A stretch of 63,470 nucleotides of DNA, filler included, from Octopus bimaculoides (taxonomy: Eukaryota), in NCBI RefSeq assembly GCF_001194135.2. It is 6 parts of 4 records of this genome, joined end to end, with 100 filler letters (N's around TTAATTAATTAA, not from the genome) between each part and the next. Parts side by side here need not be neighbours in the genome. Positions count along the whole stretch, not along the records: positions 1 to 17,013 come from NC_068989.1; positions 17,114 to 23,984 come from NC_068984.1; positions 24,085 to 44,580 come from NC_068981.1; 3 more parts are not named here. One strand, given 5' to 3'. The notes below the pieces were generated by a model. The model was given only the letters and a program-made list of their open reading frames with translations. It was not told the DNA's origin and did not search any database. Within the stretch, counting starts at the first letter, position 1. Every line of letters starts with the position of its first letter. Positions 14,301-26,124 of this stretch are shown here, piece by piece. The translations under genes and the position numbers were made by a program.

Positions 14301-14439
14301 AACCGTCAGAGTTGTAATTTTTTTCTTCTTCTTTCACATTGATTCTGTTGTCACCGGGGCATGCTATGTTGATTATCATAAATGTTCTTTCTTTTTTTAT
14401 TCACCACAACAATATCCGGTTTCCGATATATTTTTGTTG

Positions 14440-14507
<68 letters not shown>

Positions 14508-14618
14508 GTTGTTGTTNNNNNNNNNNNNNNNNNNNNNNNNNNNNNNNNNNNNNNNNNNNNNNNNNNNNNNNNNNNNNNNNNNNNNNNNNNNNNNNNATTA
14601 TTATTATTATTATTGTTG

Positions 14619-14677
<59 letters not shown>

Positions 14678-14679
14678 TA

Positions 14680-14895
14680 TGGCGGTGAGCTGGCAGAATC
14701 GTTAGCACGCCAAGCGACGTCCTTAGCAGTATTTCGCCCGGTGCTACGTTCTGAGTTCAAATTCCGCCGAGTTTGACTCTGCCTTTCATCCTTTCGGGGT
14801 CGATGAAATAAGTAGCAGTTAGGCACTGGAGTCGATGTAATCGACTCGTCCCCTCCCTCAAAATTTCAGGCCTTGTGCCTATAGTAGAAAGAATT
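14680..14895 (+). mobile_element. SINE family B in (ATT)n
   Basis: Near-complete copy with (ATT)n on both sides. Confidence 0.85.
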
Positions 14896-14899
14896 TTTA

Positions 14900-15165
14900 T
14901 TGTTATTATTATTTTATTGTCTTTGCACAGCTACTAACGCTGGAGATGTACTACGGTGTCAGCTGTTCACTACTAGTGAAATAAGGTAACACCAATTATT
15001 TTTCTAGCACCATCCGGAATATTACAGCGATTCCAAGCAGTGCTGTCTTCTGCAATTGCTCCACCCATATTGCAGCCCCTATTTGTTCCATGAACTTCTT
15101 AAGATTTTTACTCATTGTTTCCGGAGTTCCGACAATTACTGGTGCTACCACCTTAATCTTTGGTT
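14900..15165 (-). mobile_element. R4/Dong-type LINE 3' end, second subfamily
   Basis: KVVAPVIVGTPETMSKNLKKFMEQIGAAIWVEQLQKTALLGIAVIFRMVLEN; ends in a degenerate (TAA)n. Confidence 0.8.
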
Positions 15166-17124
15166 AAGAAAAGAGAACAGTGTTCATATAAAAACACGAG
15201 AGGGCATTTTGCTTCTTTTTTCTTTTTTCGTCAAACTACTGAAATTTCGTGTCTTTAATATTTTACCAAATAAATATTGTTGGAGCTGGTGAGGGATATT
15301 CTGATACGTTACAACAAGTTATGCTCCGCATAGGCGATATTTGCCCGCTGTATTATAGGAATTGTGAATATTCCTTTCACTTCATCGAGTGGTGATTGTC
15401 TGCTATTGTGTTCCGAGTGTTACTGTTGTCTTAGATTTAGACATTAGTTGTTCTAGATCAAAGCCAAATTTCTTTTGCTAATCTTGCTCCTATGCATATT
15501 GTCAACTCATTACAATTTGTATTATAATCAACAATAGCATGTAGTCAGATTCCACTAATATCACGTAGGAATTTTTAGGGAGGAGTACATTAGATTAAAA
15601 TAAACCCCAGTTCTTAACTGGCATTTATGTTATCAATCCTGTAAGATGGCCTTATCGAAATCCGAAAAGACAACGTAACGAGGCAAAATTCTCTTCAGTA
15701 ATATTGCATCAACATTTACAGCGGAGCAATAGGACTTAGCCACGTTTCAGGTACGAATGCTTTTATAACAGTCCAGAAACAAAGAAGTTGTTGTCAGGGC
15801 GGTGAGCTAACAAAAGCAATCTCTAATTATACAGTCCTACTGATCGTTACATTATAAATAGTGCTTTATCGTGTTTATTTGCAGCTCTGAGTATTGAGGG
15901 AGCAAGCAAAAGTTTTCTTTAGTCAGAGACACCGAGAACAAGAGAAACATCTGAGGCATGATATGAAATGAACCATGACGGCAATATGATAATTTATTGA
16001 AACGTTAAGCTGCGAAACAGTTTCATGTTTCTTTAGTCATTTCCTTGATTTTGCAGCTGCATTATCTAAAGCTATTCTGTAGTATTTCGTGTCGCCTAAT
16101 CGATTCCTCTCCTGTGCCTTCTCGTTTATTTAACACAGCGGTTGAAGTTGACGTGTTAATTTACTTCTCCATCAACTTGTTGCTTGTCAAGCACAAAGCA
16201 CTTGCGATGCTTCCTTAATTTCTTCCCCCGTTCAAGCTACTAAAAAATAATAACTAGTGGTTACATTAATTTATCTCCACTATAAACATCGTATCTTGCA
16301 GAGCCACATGTTCGAGTTAATATATAATGTGCAGTATCCGGTCATTAATCGTGATAAGCAAAATTACCAAGTTTCACAGCTTACTTTAACAAGTTTATAA
16401 GATAGATTTATTTAATCAAGGGCGGTAATATGAGAGCTCTAAACATTCTAATTTACGTTCCAGTGGTTGGTCACAATTTACAGCGACAAACAAGACAGTG
16501 AAATGCGAAGAATCGCAATGGCTAAGTGGTGGAAATATAATAAATGACTTCATAAATAGGCAGAAATATGTGCAGAAAAGCGTAATTGAAACTCGTTTCT
16601 AATTGAAAATTAACTTGGAAGACAGCTAAAGTACGATCTTACTATGGTACCCTACCTGTAATAAACAGTTTTCGACATTTAAGGAGCATGAGTTACGTAT
16701 AATTAACAAACGCGTTTGTTGATTATACTAAATTATTGTTCTTCGATTAGTAATTTGTAGAATACGTAAAAATGGAGCGTTAAATCATTCATTGCTTTCA
16801 AATGGGTATAAAACGTTATGGAATTATATTAACGGAAATGAAAATTACAATACATAGTTCATTCTTAAGATTTTGCATCTAACCACTTGCATCACCAGAA
16901 TTTACTTCAATAACGATTCTGAAATTTAACACAACCTCAAACATTCATGCCGGTGCAGATTATCACGTGTATCTAACCTAGAATGAATATATATATATAT
17001 ATATATATATATANNNNNNNNNNNNNNNNNNNNNNNNNNNNNNNNNNNNNNNNNNNNTTAATTAATTAANNNNNNNNNNNNNNNNNNNNNNNNNNNNNNN
17101 NNNNNNNNNNNNNATAATAAAAAA

Positions 17125-17340
17125 AATTCAGACAAATACATAACAAAAACACCAGGACTTACAAATATATATAACATACAGAAAATTGCACTACTGGGTA
17201 CTGCACACATCCTACGCAAAGCACTTTCAATACAGTAAACATAAGAGCATCACAGCAAACCACAGCACATACCCAAGGCGCACAGAGCTGCGCTCGGTAG
17301 TGAAGTGAAAGCATGTTATAAAAATAAAACTACTGAACAA
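17125..17340 (+). mobile_element. R4/Dong-type LINE 3' end, third subfamily
   Basis: TKTPGLTNIYNIQKIALLGTAHILRKALSIQ* plus 3' UTR, followed by (TAA)n. Confidence 0.85.
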
Positions 17341-17356
17341 TGATAATAATAATAAT

Positions 17357-17535
17357 AACAACATCGAAAAATACCTTAGGAATGAGAACCCAGGTTCGAA
17401 ATTTCCCCAAGAAACCTGATGAAGACCGGAGGGTGTATCAGCCAAAACGTTGTGTTAACAACAAACAAGATGAAGACAAATATCCGTCAATTGTAAATAA
17501 TGTAAATAATGTACATAATTCCTCATCTCTTAAAT
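17357..17535 (+). mobile_element. short hammerhead-carrying repeat (PLE solo pseudo-LTR or retrozyme-like)
   Basis: About 180-bp unit between a (TAA)n tract and a LINE RT fragment; contains the hammerhead motif and no ORF of its own. Confidence 0.45.
17411..17456 (+). ncRNA. degenerate minimal type I hammerhead ribozyme (Penelope-type)
   Basis: GAAAC-CTGATGA-A-GACCG-gagggtgtat-CAGCC-AAAA-CGTT-GTGTT: canonical CUGAUGA, stem II with 2 mismatches, GAAA mutated to AAAA, palindromic ACGT stem III, stem I 4/5 paired. Confidence 0.55.
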
Positions 17536-17998
17536 ATAGAACTGAATTCAGTGATGAAATCAAGATGCAATTTGGCCTCGATAAATGTGCAATGGCTACC
17601 TTTATGAAAGGAAAAAGGATAGAAACACCCGACGTTAATCTTGACCAACAGAATAGCATAAAGGAGTTAGAACCAGCGGAGAGCTACAAATACTTAGGGG
17701 TGTTTGAAAGTGATGGAAGCAGACATTCAGTGATGAGGGAAAGGATCAGAAAAGAATGTTATTGGAGGGTAAGTGCAATTCTCAAGACAGAGCTGAATGC
17801 AAGAAATAGGATCGAAGCGATCAATACTTTAGCCATACCAGTCGTGACTTACAGTTTCAATATCATTAACTGGTCAATCACTGAAATATGTTATCTTGAC
17901 AGAAAAATACGAAAACTGTTGACAATGCATCGAATGCACTACCCTAAGGCAGATATAGTACGATTTTACCTGCCAAGAAAAGAGGGTAGCCGTGGACT
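17536..17998 (+). mobile_element. R4/Dong-type LINE RT domains 6-7 and thumb fragment
   Basis: FSDEIKMQFGLDKCA...ESYKYLGV...LKTELNARNRIEAINTLAIPVVTYSF...LDRKIRKLLTMHRMHYPKAD...YLPRKEGSRGL. Confidence 0.9.
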
Positions 17999-17999
17999 G

Positions 18000-18715
18000 G
18001 TTTGGGAGTGGATGTGCGAGAAGGTGTAGGAGTCTTGTGCACTTGTTTATGATTTAGCACTCGTGATACTTGTAATGTTGGCTGCGGTGAGACTTCATTT
18101 TTCTTTGTTTCAGGGCAGGAAACCTTTAAGTGTTTTACAGATCCATATTTATGGCATCTTAGCTTTCTACTCTCCACGAACACTGACAGGTGAGTGCCAT
18201 CCGGGATATCGATTAGATCGAGTAGCTGGTCTATATGGTCCTGCTTGCATTGCAAGGTCAGTTCCATACTTATACCTAACCAGTTTTGCTTAGGTAGTTT
18301 CTTGACCTCCAGTATTGTGACTTCGTCTTCTTCTAAACCTGCCAAGAAAGCCGCCACTAACACTAATGGATATTTCTGGCGGCACATTCAGCACCCTTAT
18401 CTTGATAAAACGTTAGCCGCGATGGCTGAGGATTAAGAAAATGTTGTTATTCTTCAAAGTGGTTGCGGAATTACATTTAGCTTCTTCTTCCATCCCAAAT
18501 CTCAGTGGTTCCAAACTTCTTTCCTCGAGTGATGTGGGTCTTTTGTTCCCACACGCGCCCAAGATATTTTTGTATTTCACTCTCGGGAGCATTTTCCGCC
18601 CGCCGAAATTTGACTCCCATGCAATGGTATGTGATCGTGCATCTTGCAATATTTTCTATTACGTCCGATAGAGGGTTTAGAGCTACCGTTCTTCCATTTC
18701 TTTTTACAATTTTTC
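18000..18715 (-). mobile_element. gag-like ORF1 fragment with CCHC knuckle (L1/Tx1-type LINE)
   Basis: VFVESRKLRCHKYGSVKHLKVSCP = CX2(C>Y)X4HX4C followed by a Pro/Thr-rich linker; the upstream frame is broken by frameshifts. Confidence 0.6.
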
Positions 18716-18719
18716 TAGC

Positions 18720-19253
18720 AGTGGCTTTCGTGGCTTCTCAACTGATTGGAAGTGTTACCGTGTTCATTGTTTTGTCTTGGTATAAAAGATGGGCTACAGC
18801 AAATATTCTGCTCAATACCACAGATTTGCTTGTCAGTTGTTTGACCATAACCAGTTGAGCGTGTCCCTTAGTAGCTGACGATATGTGCATCTCTGATCAC
18901 AAGCAGAAGTAGTGGGGTAGCATCATAGCCATGTGTTAAGAGGAATTCTTTGGAGTTTGGGTGATTCACCTCTGGAAACATGGGTGTTTCGTTCAACATC
19001 CTTAAACAACTCTTATTCAGTCAGGGACCTTTTGAGCTGGATGGGCTGCTCGACCTGAAGAAAATTCTAACTGGGCCCCACCTGCAAGGTCATGCTTTGT
19101 TAATCTTCATATGAAAGCACCATGTTGCGCACTTATGACTGTGATGCATGTACCTGATGTACTCTTATCAGACGGGTAGTTATGATGGGTATACTAGGCT
19201 TCGCATATTTTAACCCCAGTGTCACTTTGATGGCATGCACTGCTCTCTCACTC

Positions 19254-19255
<2 letters not shown>
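18720..19255 (+). mobile_element. non-coding interspersed repeat ending in (AAT)n, 5'-truncated copy
   Basis: Highly similar to 32560-33055 over about 450 bp; ends ...ctctctcactc(AAT)n. Confidence 0.7.
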
Positions 19256-19320
<65 letters not shown>

Positions 19321-19715
19321 CAATTTAGATAAGAGAAACAAATTGAATTTGAAATTGGATAAAATGTGTTAAAATGACTTGTACACAGACTGTGATATTT
19401 AGCACAGATAGCATTTTAATTTATAAATGTATGTTATATGTATTAAAAATATCGAAAAAATCAATAAGTGGTAAAAATGTCTATTCGGCATTTTCAACTA
19501 ATCTTCAAAATGTTATTTTCCTTAATGGTGTACAAGTTTATTTTTAAAAGTAATTTTCATCTAACTCTTTAGATTCACTATATTTAGCGTGTTTTCCACT
19601 AGTTATTTTATTTTTGTCTTCCCGTCTTCTCCAGGCGAAAGCCAATGATTCATTCAATCATTCATTACTTACCTTACATCCATTGATATTCTACTGTGTT
19701 ATTTCAAACACGAAA

Positions 19716-19803
<88 letters not shown>

Positions 19804-20405
19804 ATGTATACATGTATATGCATTTACACACGTATATATGAACATCTGTCCGTGTGTATGTAATATATATATGTATATATATATATACATACACACACAC
19901 ACACACACAGACACACACACACACACACGCACNNNNNNNNNNNNNNNNNNNNNNNNNNNNNNNNNNNNNNNNNNNNNNNNNNNNNNNNNNNNNNNNNNNN
20001 NNNNNNNNNNNNNNNNNNNNNNNNNNNNNNNNNNNNNNNNNNNNNNNNNNNNNNNNNNNNNNNNNNNNNNNNNNNNNNNNNNNNNNNNNNNNNNNNNNNN
20101 NNNNNNNNNNNNNNNNNNNNNNNNNNNNNNNNNNNNNNNNNNNNNNNNNNNNNNNNNNNNNNNNNNNNNNNNNNNNNNNNNNNNNNNNNNNNNNNNNNNN
20201 NNNNNNNNNNNNNNNNNNNNNNNNNNNNNNNNNNNNNNNNNNNNNNNNNNNNNNNNNNNNNNNNNNNNNNNNNNNNNNNNNNNNNNNNNNNNNNNNNNNN
20301 NNATATATATATATATATATATACAATTGCAGCGTGGAAGGTGTTTATAAGCCATTTAAAATAACACACAAAAACCGTTAGATTCACTTCAACATTTAAA
20401 TTTAA

Positions 20406-20456
20406 TTTATCAAAATATTTTCGTCGCTTTGAGATCGCGACCTGTTCACTGACAAA
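20406..20456 (-). ncRNA. minimal type I hammerhead-like ribozyme with G3:C8 core variant
   Basis: RNA reads UUUGUCA-GUGAACA-G-GUCGC-GAUCUCAAA-GCGAC-GAAA-AUAUU-U-UGAUAAA: 7-bp stem I (one G.U), perfect 5-bp stem II, GAAA, and a palindromic loopless stem III (AAUAUU). Confidence 0.65.
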
Positions 20457-21584
20457 ATTCTGTGCTGCAGCGGGGTATGTATATATGTATATGTGTGTAT
20501 ATGTGTGTGTGTGTGTAAATATTTTTTTGCCAAGACATTTTGACAAACATTTACTGTCATACGTCTACTTGTTGGCATTTACTTTATTAATGCTCACTGC
20601 CTGTTCTGGGTATTTACGTACGTAACCTGCGTGATACCTTCTTACCTACCTACATACATACATACATACATACACACATACATACATACATACATGCATG
20701 CATACATACATGCATGCATACATACATACACATACATACATACATACATACATACATACACATGTGCATATGTGAGTGTTATATGTATACTGCTATATCA
20801 TTGTACTTTAATTTGAAAATTGTTCAACTCCCCTTTTCTACTCCGTTAATAAGATTTAATTCCCAATTCCCGTTCATTTGCTTGTGTCGAAGGATTAGCT
20901 AGTGTTTAAATGTCATTTGTGTATTTTGCTCTTTTCATTAAATCTAAACTGTTTTTTATATTCTGTAATATTAAACACGAAACATTCTTCATGTAAAAAT
21001 TCCACCAAAACCAATTTTAATGTTAATCAAATAGAGACATGTTTTTTTAGTTCCAGGTGAGTTTTAACTCAGTAGAATTCTAACCAGAGGCATTTCCAAC
21101 AGGACGCAGTCTTTTAAGGAGAATATGTGTCACTGATTACATTATTCAATGTATTCTTTCTGTATCTTAGACAGTAGTGTGAGATTCGTAGAATATTTGG
21201 CTGCTATTTCTATGTCTTCGAGTGTCCTTGTAAAGGCTTTCTCTGTGTCTCATGTATTTCACTGATGACTACCTTCCAGGTCGCTGATAATCTGATTTAT
21301 GCTTTTCTTTTTTATCAAATCCGTCTGTCAGTAATGTAAATTGGCAAGTCAATACATACCTTTCATTATTTTCCACTAAACAATTTACGTTCATATTAGG
21401 AACTATGAAAGAATATTTAAGAAGCTATTGACAAAAGCACATTCAGCCTGAGTTTACACTTCACCAAATACACACATTTTCTTTAATCATATAAGACAAT
21501 CAATTATTACTTCAATTATCACGAACGAACAGCTGTCGGTTACTCAGCCAACTTCTATTATCTCTTAATATGTACTATGCCGTT

Positions 21585-21912
21585 TAAGGCGGTGAGATGA
21601 GAGAATCGTTAGCACACCGGGCAAAATGCTTGGCGGCCTTATGTCTAAACTGCTGAGCTTATATTTGAAAACATGTACTATACTGTTAAGGCAGCGAGCT
21701 GGCGGAATCGTTAGCACACCGGGCAAAATGCTTAGCAGCATTTCATCCGTATTTATAGTCTGAGTTCAAATTTCGCCGGGGTCAGCTTTGCTTTTCATCC
21801 TTTCGGGTTTGATAAAATAAGTACCAGTTGGGCACTGGAGTCGATGAGTCGATGTAATCGACTTAGTCTCTTCGTGAAACTGCTGGCCTTGTGGCAAAAT
21901 ATGAAACCAATA
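21585..21912 (+). mobile_element. SINE family B (head fragment plus full copy)
   Basis: Two AAGGC(G/A)G.GAG...GAATCGTTAGCACACCGGGC heads about 100 bp apart. Confidence 0.8.
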
Positions 21913-22124
21913 TGTACTGTACTGAATAATTCACGTTGTATGCATGAACTACAAGCCACCCATCTCTACTGACAAAACAGGAACTTCCTGAGAGAACTTC
22001 TCGCAATACTTCCTATAAAGTATTTCCGCGCTCATATGACGTCACGAAGAATAAGGCACACTGTATATCGGACAAAATATATTTTAGAAAATAGTTTTTT
22101 CATAATTTCTGAACAAGCGTGCCT

Positions 22125-22330
22125 GTGTGGTAAGACGGTTGCTTCCCAACCACATGGTTCCGGGTTCAGTCCTACTGAATGGCACTTTGGGCACCGAAAC
22201 TTAGCGGTTCGGCAAAAGCGAATGATAGAATAATTACTACGCTTACAAAAAGATAAGTCCTGGGGTCTATTTCTTCAACTAAAGACGGTGCCCCAGCGTG
22301 GCCGCAGTCAAATGACTGAAACAAATAAAA
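22125..22330 (+). mobile_element. SINE family A (long-tail variant)
   Basis: Family A head plus tail ...GTGCCCCAGCGTGGCCGCAGTC...TGACTGAAAC, also seen at 48900-49230. Confidence 0.7.
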
Positions 22331-24084
22331 GAACATTGTCAAAGATTTATTTTGTAAAAATGACCAACGTAGAACAAAATTTTGATGCATTCACTAAATT
22401 TAGCACACTGCCACTGGACAAGTTGGGTACGAACTGTCCATAAAGTTTGCTTATTCTCTAGCTCAACATGCAGTTGTTTCAGATGTATTGCCAAATCCCG
22501 ATTACCTACGGCCTTCACTGATCTCTCCCATATACTGTGGAGATCAGTATATTTTATTAAGAACAATAAATCCAATAAAAATATGTTTCGTTTCACCCAA
22601 TGACTTACCAGTGAATATATTTGGTTGAAGTCGTATTTTTGTATTATAAAACACATACATATAATAGTTACCCTGCAACAGTCAACAATGTTAATTTTAT
22701 TTTACACTAAATTTAATAAATAATCTATGTTGTAAACTTCTGTCCTTGCTACCTACTTCGACCACTTGACCAAACTTCATTGATAAAGGCTGAGAAGCCT
22801 TTCCTTACAAGTGGTATTGCTTATAGAGACAACATCTAAGTCTTTACAATAAACAGGTTGTTGAAGCTTCAACAAGATCCATTAGATGCAGTATAATGAG
22901 TCAAGTAATTTCTTTCACAATGTATCTCAAACAACGATAATGTTCTACTTGTGAGACAGTGGATACAGTCGGGTATCAATTCAAATGGAATATATTCGCT
23001 AAGACTGGTTTTACGCCGGTATTGTTTACAGATATCAAAATAATCTATTTTCCATAAGACACAACTCCATAAAAACTATTGATCTCTAACTTTGGTACAA
23101 GATCACAAATTTAATGTAAGCTCGATTTAATCAACCGCAAAACTTGACAAACTTTTATTTTATCGGATCTCAGAAGATGAAAAGTAAGGACGACCATTCT
23201 AGGATTCCGGTTCTCTGCCGTTTCTGCTACTCATCACTGATTTCGAATTACGGAAAATATGAAAAATAAATTGTCAAAATTGTTTGACACTGGAAACTGA
23301 TTCGTTAAATACAAATGAAAAATAGGAGCATTGTTTCATAATTGGATCACGTGCAAATGGAAAAAGGCAAACAAATTTCAAGTAATGGGATCTAGTGGCA
23401 TTCATGCTATTTCCAGGAAAATTAGCGAATCGGGGAATCGAAAGAGTTTTGGGGGATTTTACTCACTCTGGAGCTTATTACTATTATATAGTGACCGAAA
23501 AAAGCAAAAGAAATGATTTGATAATTATATTGGATTCGTAATAAGATAGAATGTTTCAAATTGATAGCGCAGAACTAAATTCAAGATCTGACTCCACAGT
23601 TTCTGGCTTTTGCTCTAAATTGTCAGTTATAGCTAGGCGCCTAGTGCCTAGGAGAGGAAAGAGAATCAGGTAGGATACGGAAGAATAGTAACATATCCAA
23701 ACACACGCAGATGCGCGTGCGCGCAGACACACATATGCACGTAGAACACTCACATACGTATGCATATGCGCAAGCACGCATACACAAACACACATATGTG
23801 TATACAAAAAAAAGAAAGAGAGAGAAAAGGTACATGTATACACACACACACAAACACACACACACACAAACACAAACACACAAACGCACGCACACACACA
23901 CACAAACACACACACACGCATACACACACACACACACATACGTCAGGAGTGGCTGTGTGGTAAGAAGCTTGATTTCTGATCAAANNNNNNNNNNNNNNNN
24001 NNNNNNNNNNNNNNNNNNNNNNNNNNNNTTAATTAATTAANNNNNNNNNNNNNNNNNNNNNNNNNNNNNNNNNNNNNNNNNNNN

Positions 24085-24380
24085 CTGAGCACTCCACAGA
24101 CACGTGTACCCTTAACGTAGTTCTCGAGGATATTCAGTGTGACACAGTGTGACAAGGCTGACCCTTTGAATTACAGGCACAACAGAAACTCAGAAAGTAA
24201 GAGTGAGAGAAATTGCGGTGAAAGAGTACAGCAGGGTTCGCCACCATCCCCTGCCGGAGCCTCGTGGAGCTTTAGGTGTTTTGGCTCAATAAACACTCAC
24301 AACGCCCGATCTGGGAATCGAAACCGCGATCCTATGACCGCGAGTCCGCTGCCCTAACCACTGGGCCATTGCGCCTCCAC
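24085..24380 (-). mobile_element. SINE family C (tRNA-derived, about 380 bp when full)
   Basis: Reverse complement of GGAGGCGCAATGGCCCAGTGGTTAGGGCAGCGGACTCGCGG... Confidence 0.9.
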
Positions 24381-24892
24381 GCCTTTAATCATAACACTGT
24401 TTAATCAAGGCTGAACTGGATCTAAAAACAAATCAGATGAAGATTCGAGTCCCACGGGCAACTTTCGACTTTTTTGTATCGAAAAGGATTTTGTTTTACC
24501 AGTATTTACACGCTATTATTTGTAGCTTTATCTGCTTCGAGTTCCACCGTTAAAAATAACAATAAAAACACCCACAACCCCGATACTACCACAATCAACA
24601 CTAAACCCAAGACCTCAAACCATTTCCATCACCATCGTCATCATTAGCATCACCACCATTTCCACCATTATTAACACCATCATCACTACAATCAACACCT
24701 CACAAGAGCAGAACTTTTACCATTGCCACCCTCATTATCACCATGACTACCTCCACCACTATCATCCACCACTATCACCACCATCACCACCACCTACACA
24801 ATAAGCACCACCATTATCACCACCATTACTATTATCAATGCACTCTAACGTAAATAGTTTCATCACTGCGGTTGCTATTGGTATAGCTGAAA

Positions 24893-25203
24893 GGGCATGG
24901 CTCAGTGGTTAGAGCGTCGGGCTTACACTCGTGAGGTTGTGAGTTCGATTCCCGGACCGGGTTGTTCTTGAGCCAGACACTGTTGCTCCAGTTAACTCAG
25001 CCGTAAAAATGAGTTGCGACGTGTCCGGTACCAAGCTGTTTCGGCCTTTGCCTTTCCCTTGGATGACATCGGTGGCATGGAGAGGGGAGGCTGGTATGCA
25101 TGGGCGACTGATGGTCCTCCATAAAACAACCTTCCCCGGACTTGTGCCTCGGAGGGTAACTTTCCAAGTGCAATCCCATGGTCTGTCATGACCGAAGGGG
25201 GTT
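24893..25203 (+). mobile_element. SINE family D (tRNA head, different body)
   Basis: GGCATGGCTCAGTGGTTAGAGCG...GAGTTCGATTCCC...CAGCCGTAAAAATGAGT...GTCATGACCGAAGGGG. Confidence 0.75.
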
Positions 25204-25548
25204 ATTTACCCTTTATTGTTGTAGTTGTTACTGTTCTTGATATTGTTGTTACAAATGTTGTAATCATTATTGTTGCTGTGATGGCCATTGCTGCAGTTTC
25301 TATCACTGTTGTTGTAGTTATTTTTGTTGTTGGAATCAGTCTTGCTTGAGCGTATCTTTAAACTAAGACATTGATCTCATTAAATTCAACTTTACGATGA
25401 AAGTAAACAAGCAAAGTTTGTTCGTTTTTTAGAAGCGTTGAGATGTATTGTAAGATACAGAAATAAATTTATTTCTCAAACGCGTGATAATGCTATAAAT
25501 AGCGTGATCAGGATAAATTATCCATTTATTGCAGAAAAATACGTTGTC

Positions 25549-25620
25549 GGCCAGCCATGAGACTCGAACTCACATCTTTGTGATTACATGTCAAGTGTTT
25601 TACCATTAAACCAAACTGCC
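25549..25620 (-). pseudogene. tRNA-Thr(UGU)-like pseudogene or tRNA-derived head
   Basis: 72-nt cloverleaf: D stem GTTT/AAAC, T arm GTGAG-TTCGAGT-CTCAT, loop CA-TGT-AA; anticodon stem only 3/5 paired, A at position 33, one acceptor mismatch. Confidence 0.6.
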
Positions 25621-26124
25621 CAGCAACGAATTCTTCTGCAATTTTAGAACTATAAATTTAGCTTCATAAGATGCTAACGTTAAATTCAACTTTACGTGTT
25701 TTAAGACGGTAGGTTTTGATTTAAAAACTTGACAGTTTCTAATAGGCCGAGTAACCATACAGCGGGAAGGGTCTTGAGTGGGGAGAGCCATTTTCTTAGA
25801 ACCATAACCTCCGAAACCGGTGAGATCGATGCAGTAAGTGTCTTTTTTGAAAAGTTGCAAGCTAACGACGGCAGAAGAAAAAAAAACATGGACACGGGGA
25901 AACTTCCAGAGGGTCGACATTTTGGAAAGGAAGGGGTGGAAACAGTGGTTAGCGTGGAGCTGGATAATGGGGTGGGAATGGTATGGTTAATGAGAGGAGG
26001 CGAGATGAGAGAATCAGAAATGCTTGAGTGAATCTAGTACAAGATCGGATCCAAGGGTCAACGGATACTGTAGCATTGATGGAAAAACACTGAAGTAAGC
26101 AACATTATACGTGGTTCATATATT

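Noticed and set aside
24893-24965. SINE heads as functional tRNA genes (also 26283, 31126 and 48093)
   Set aside because: No proper acceptor or anticodon stems, and they continue into SINE bodies.
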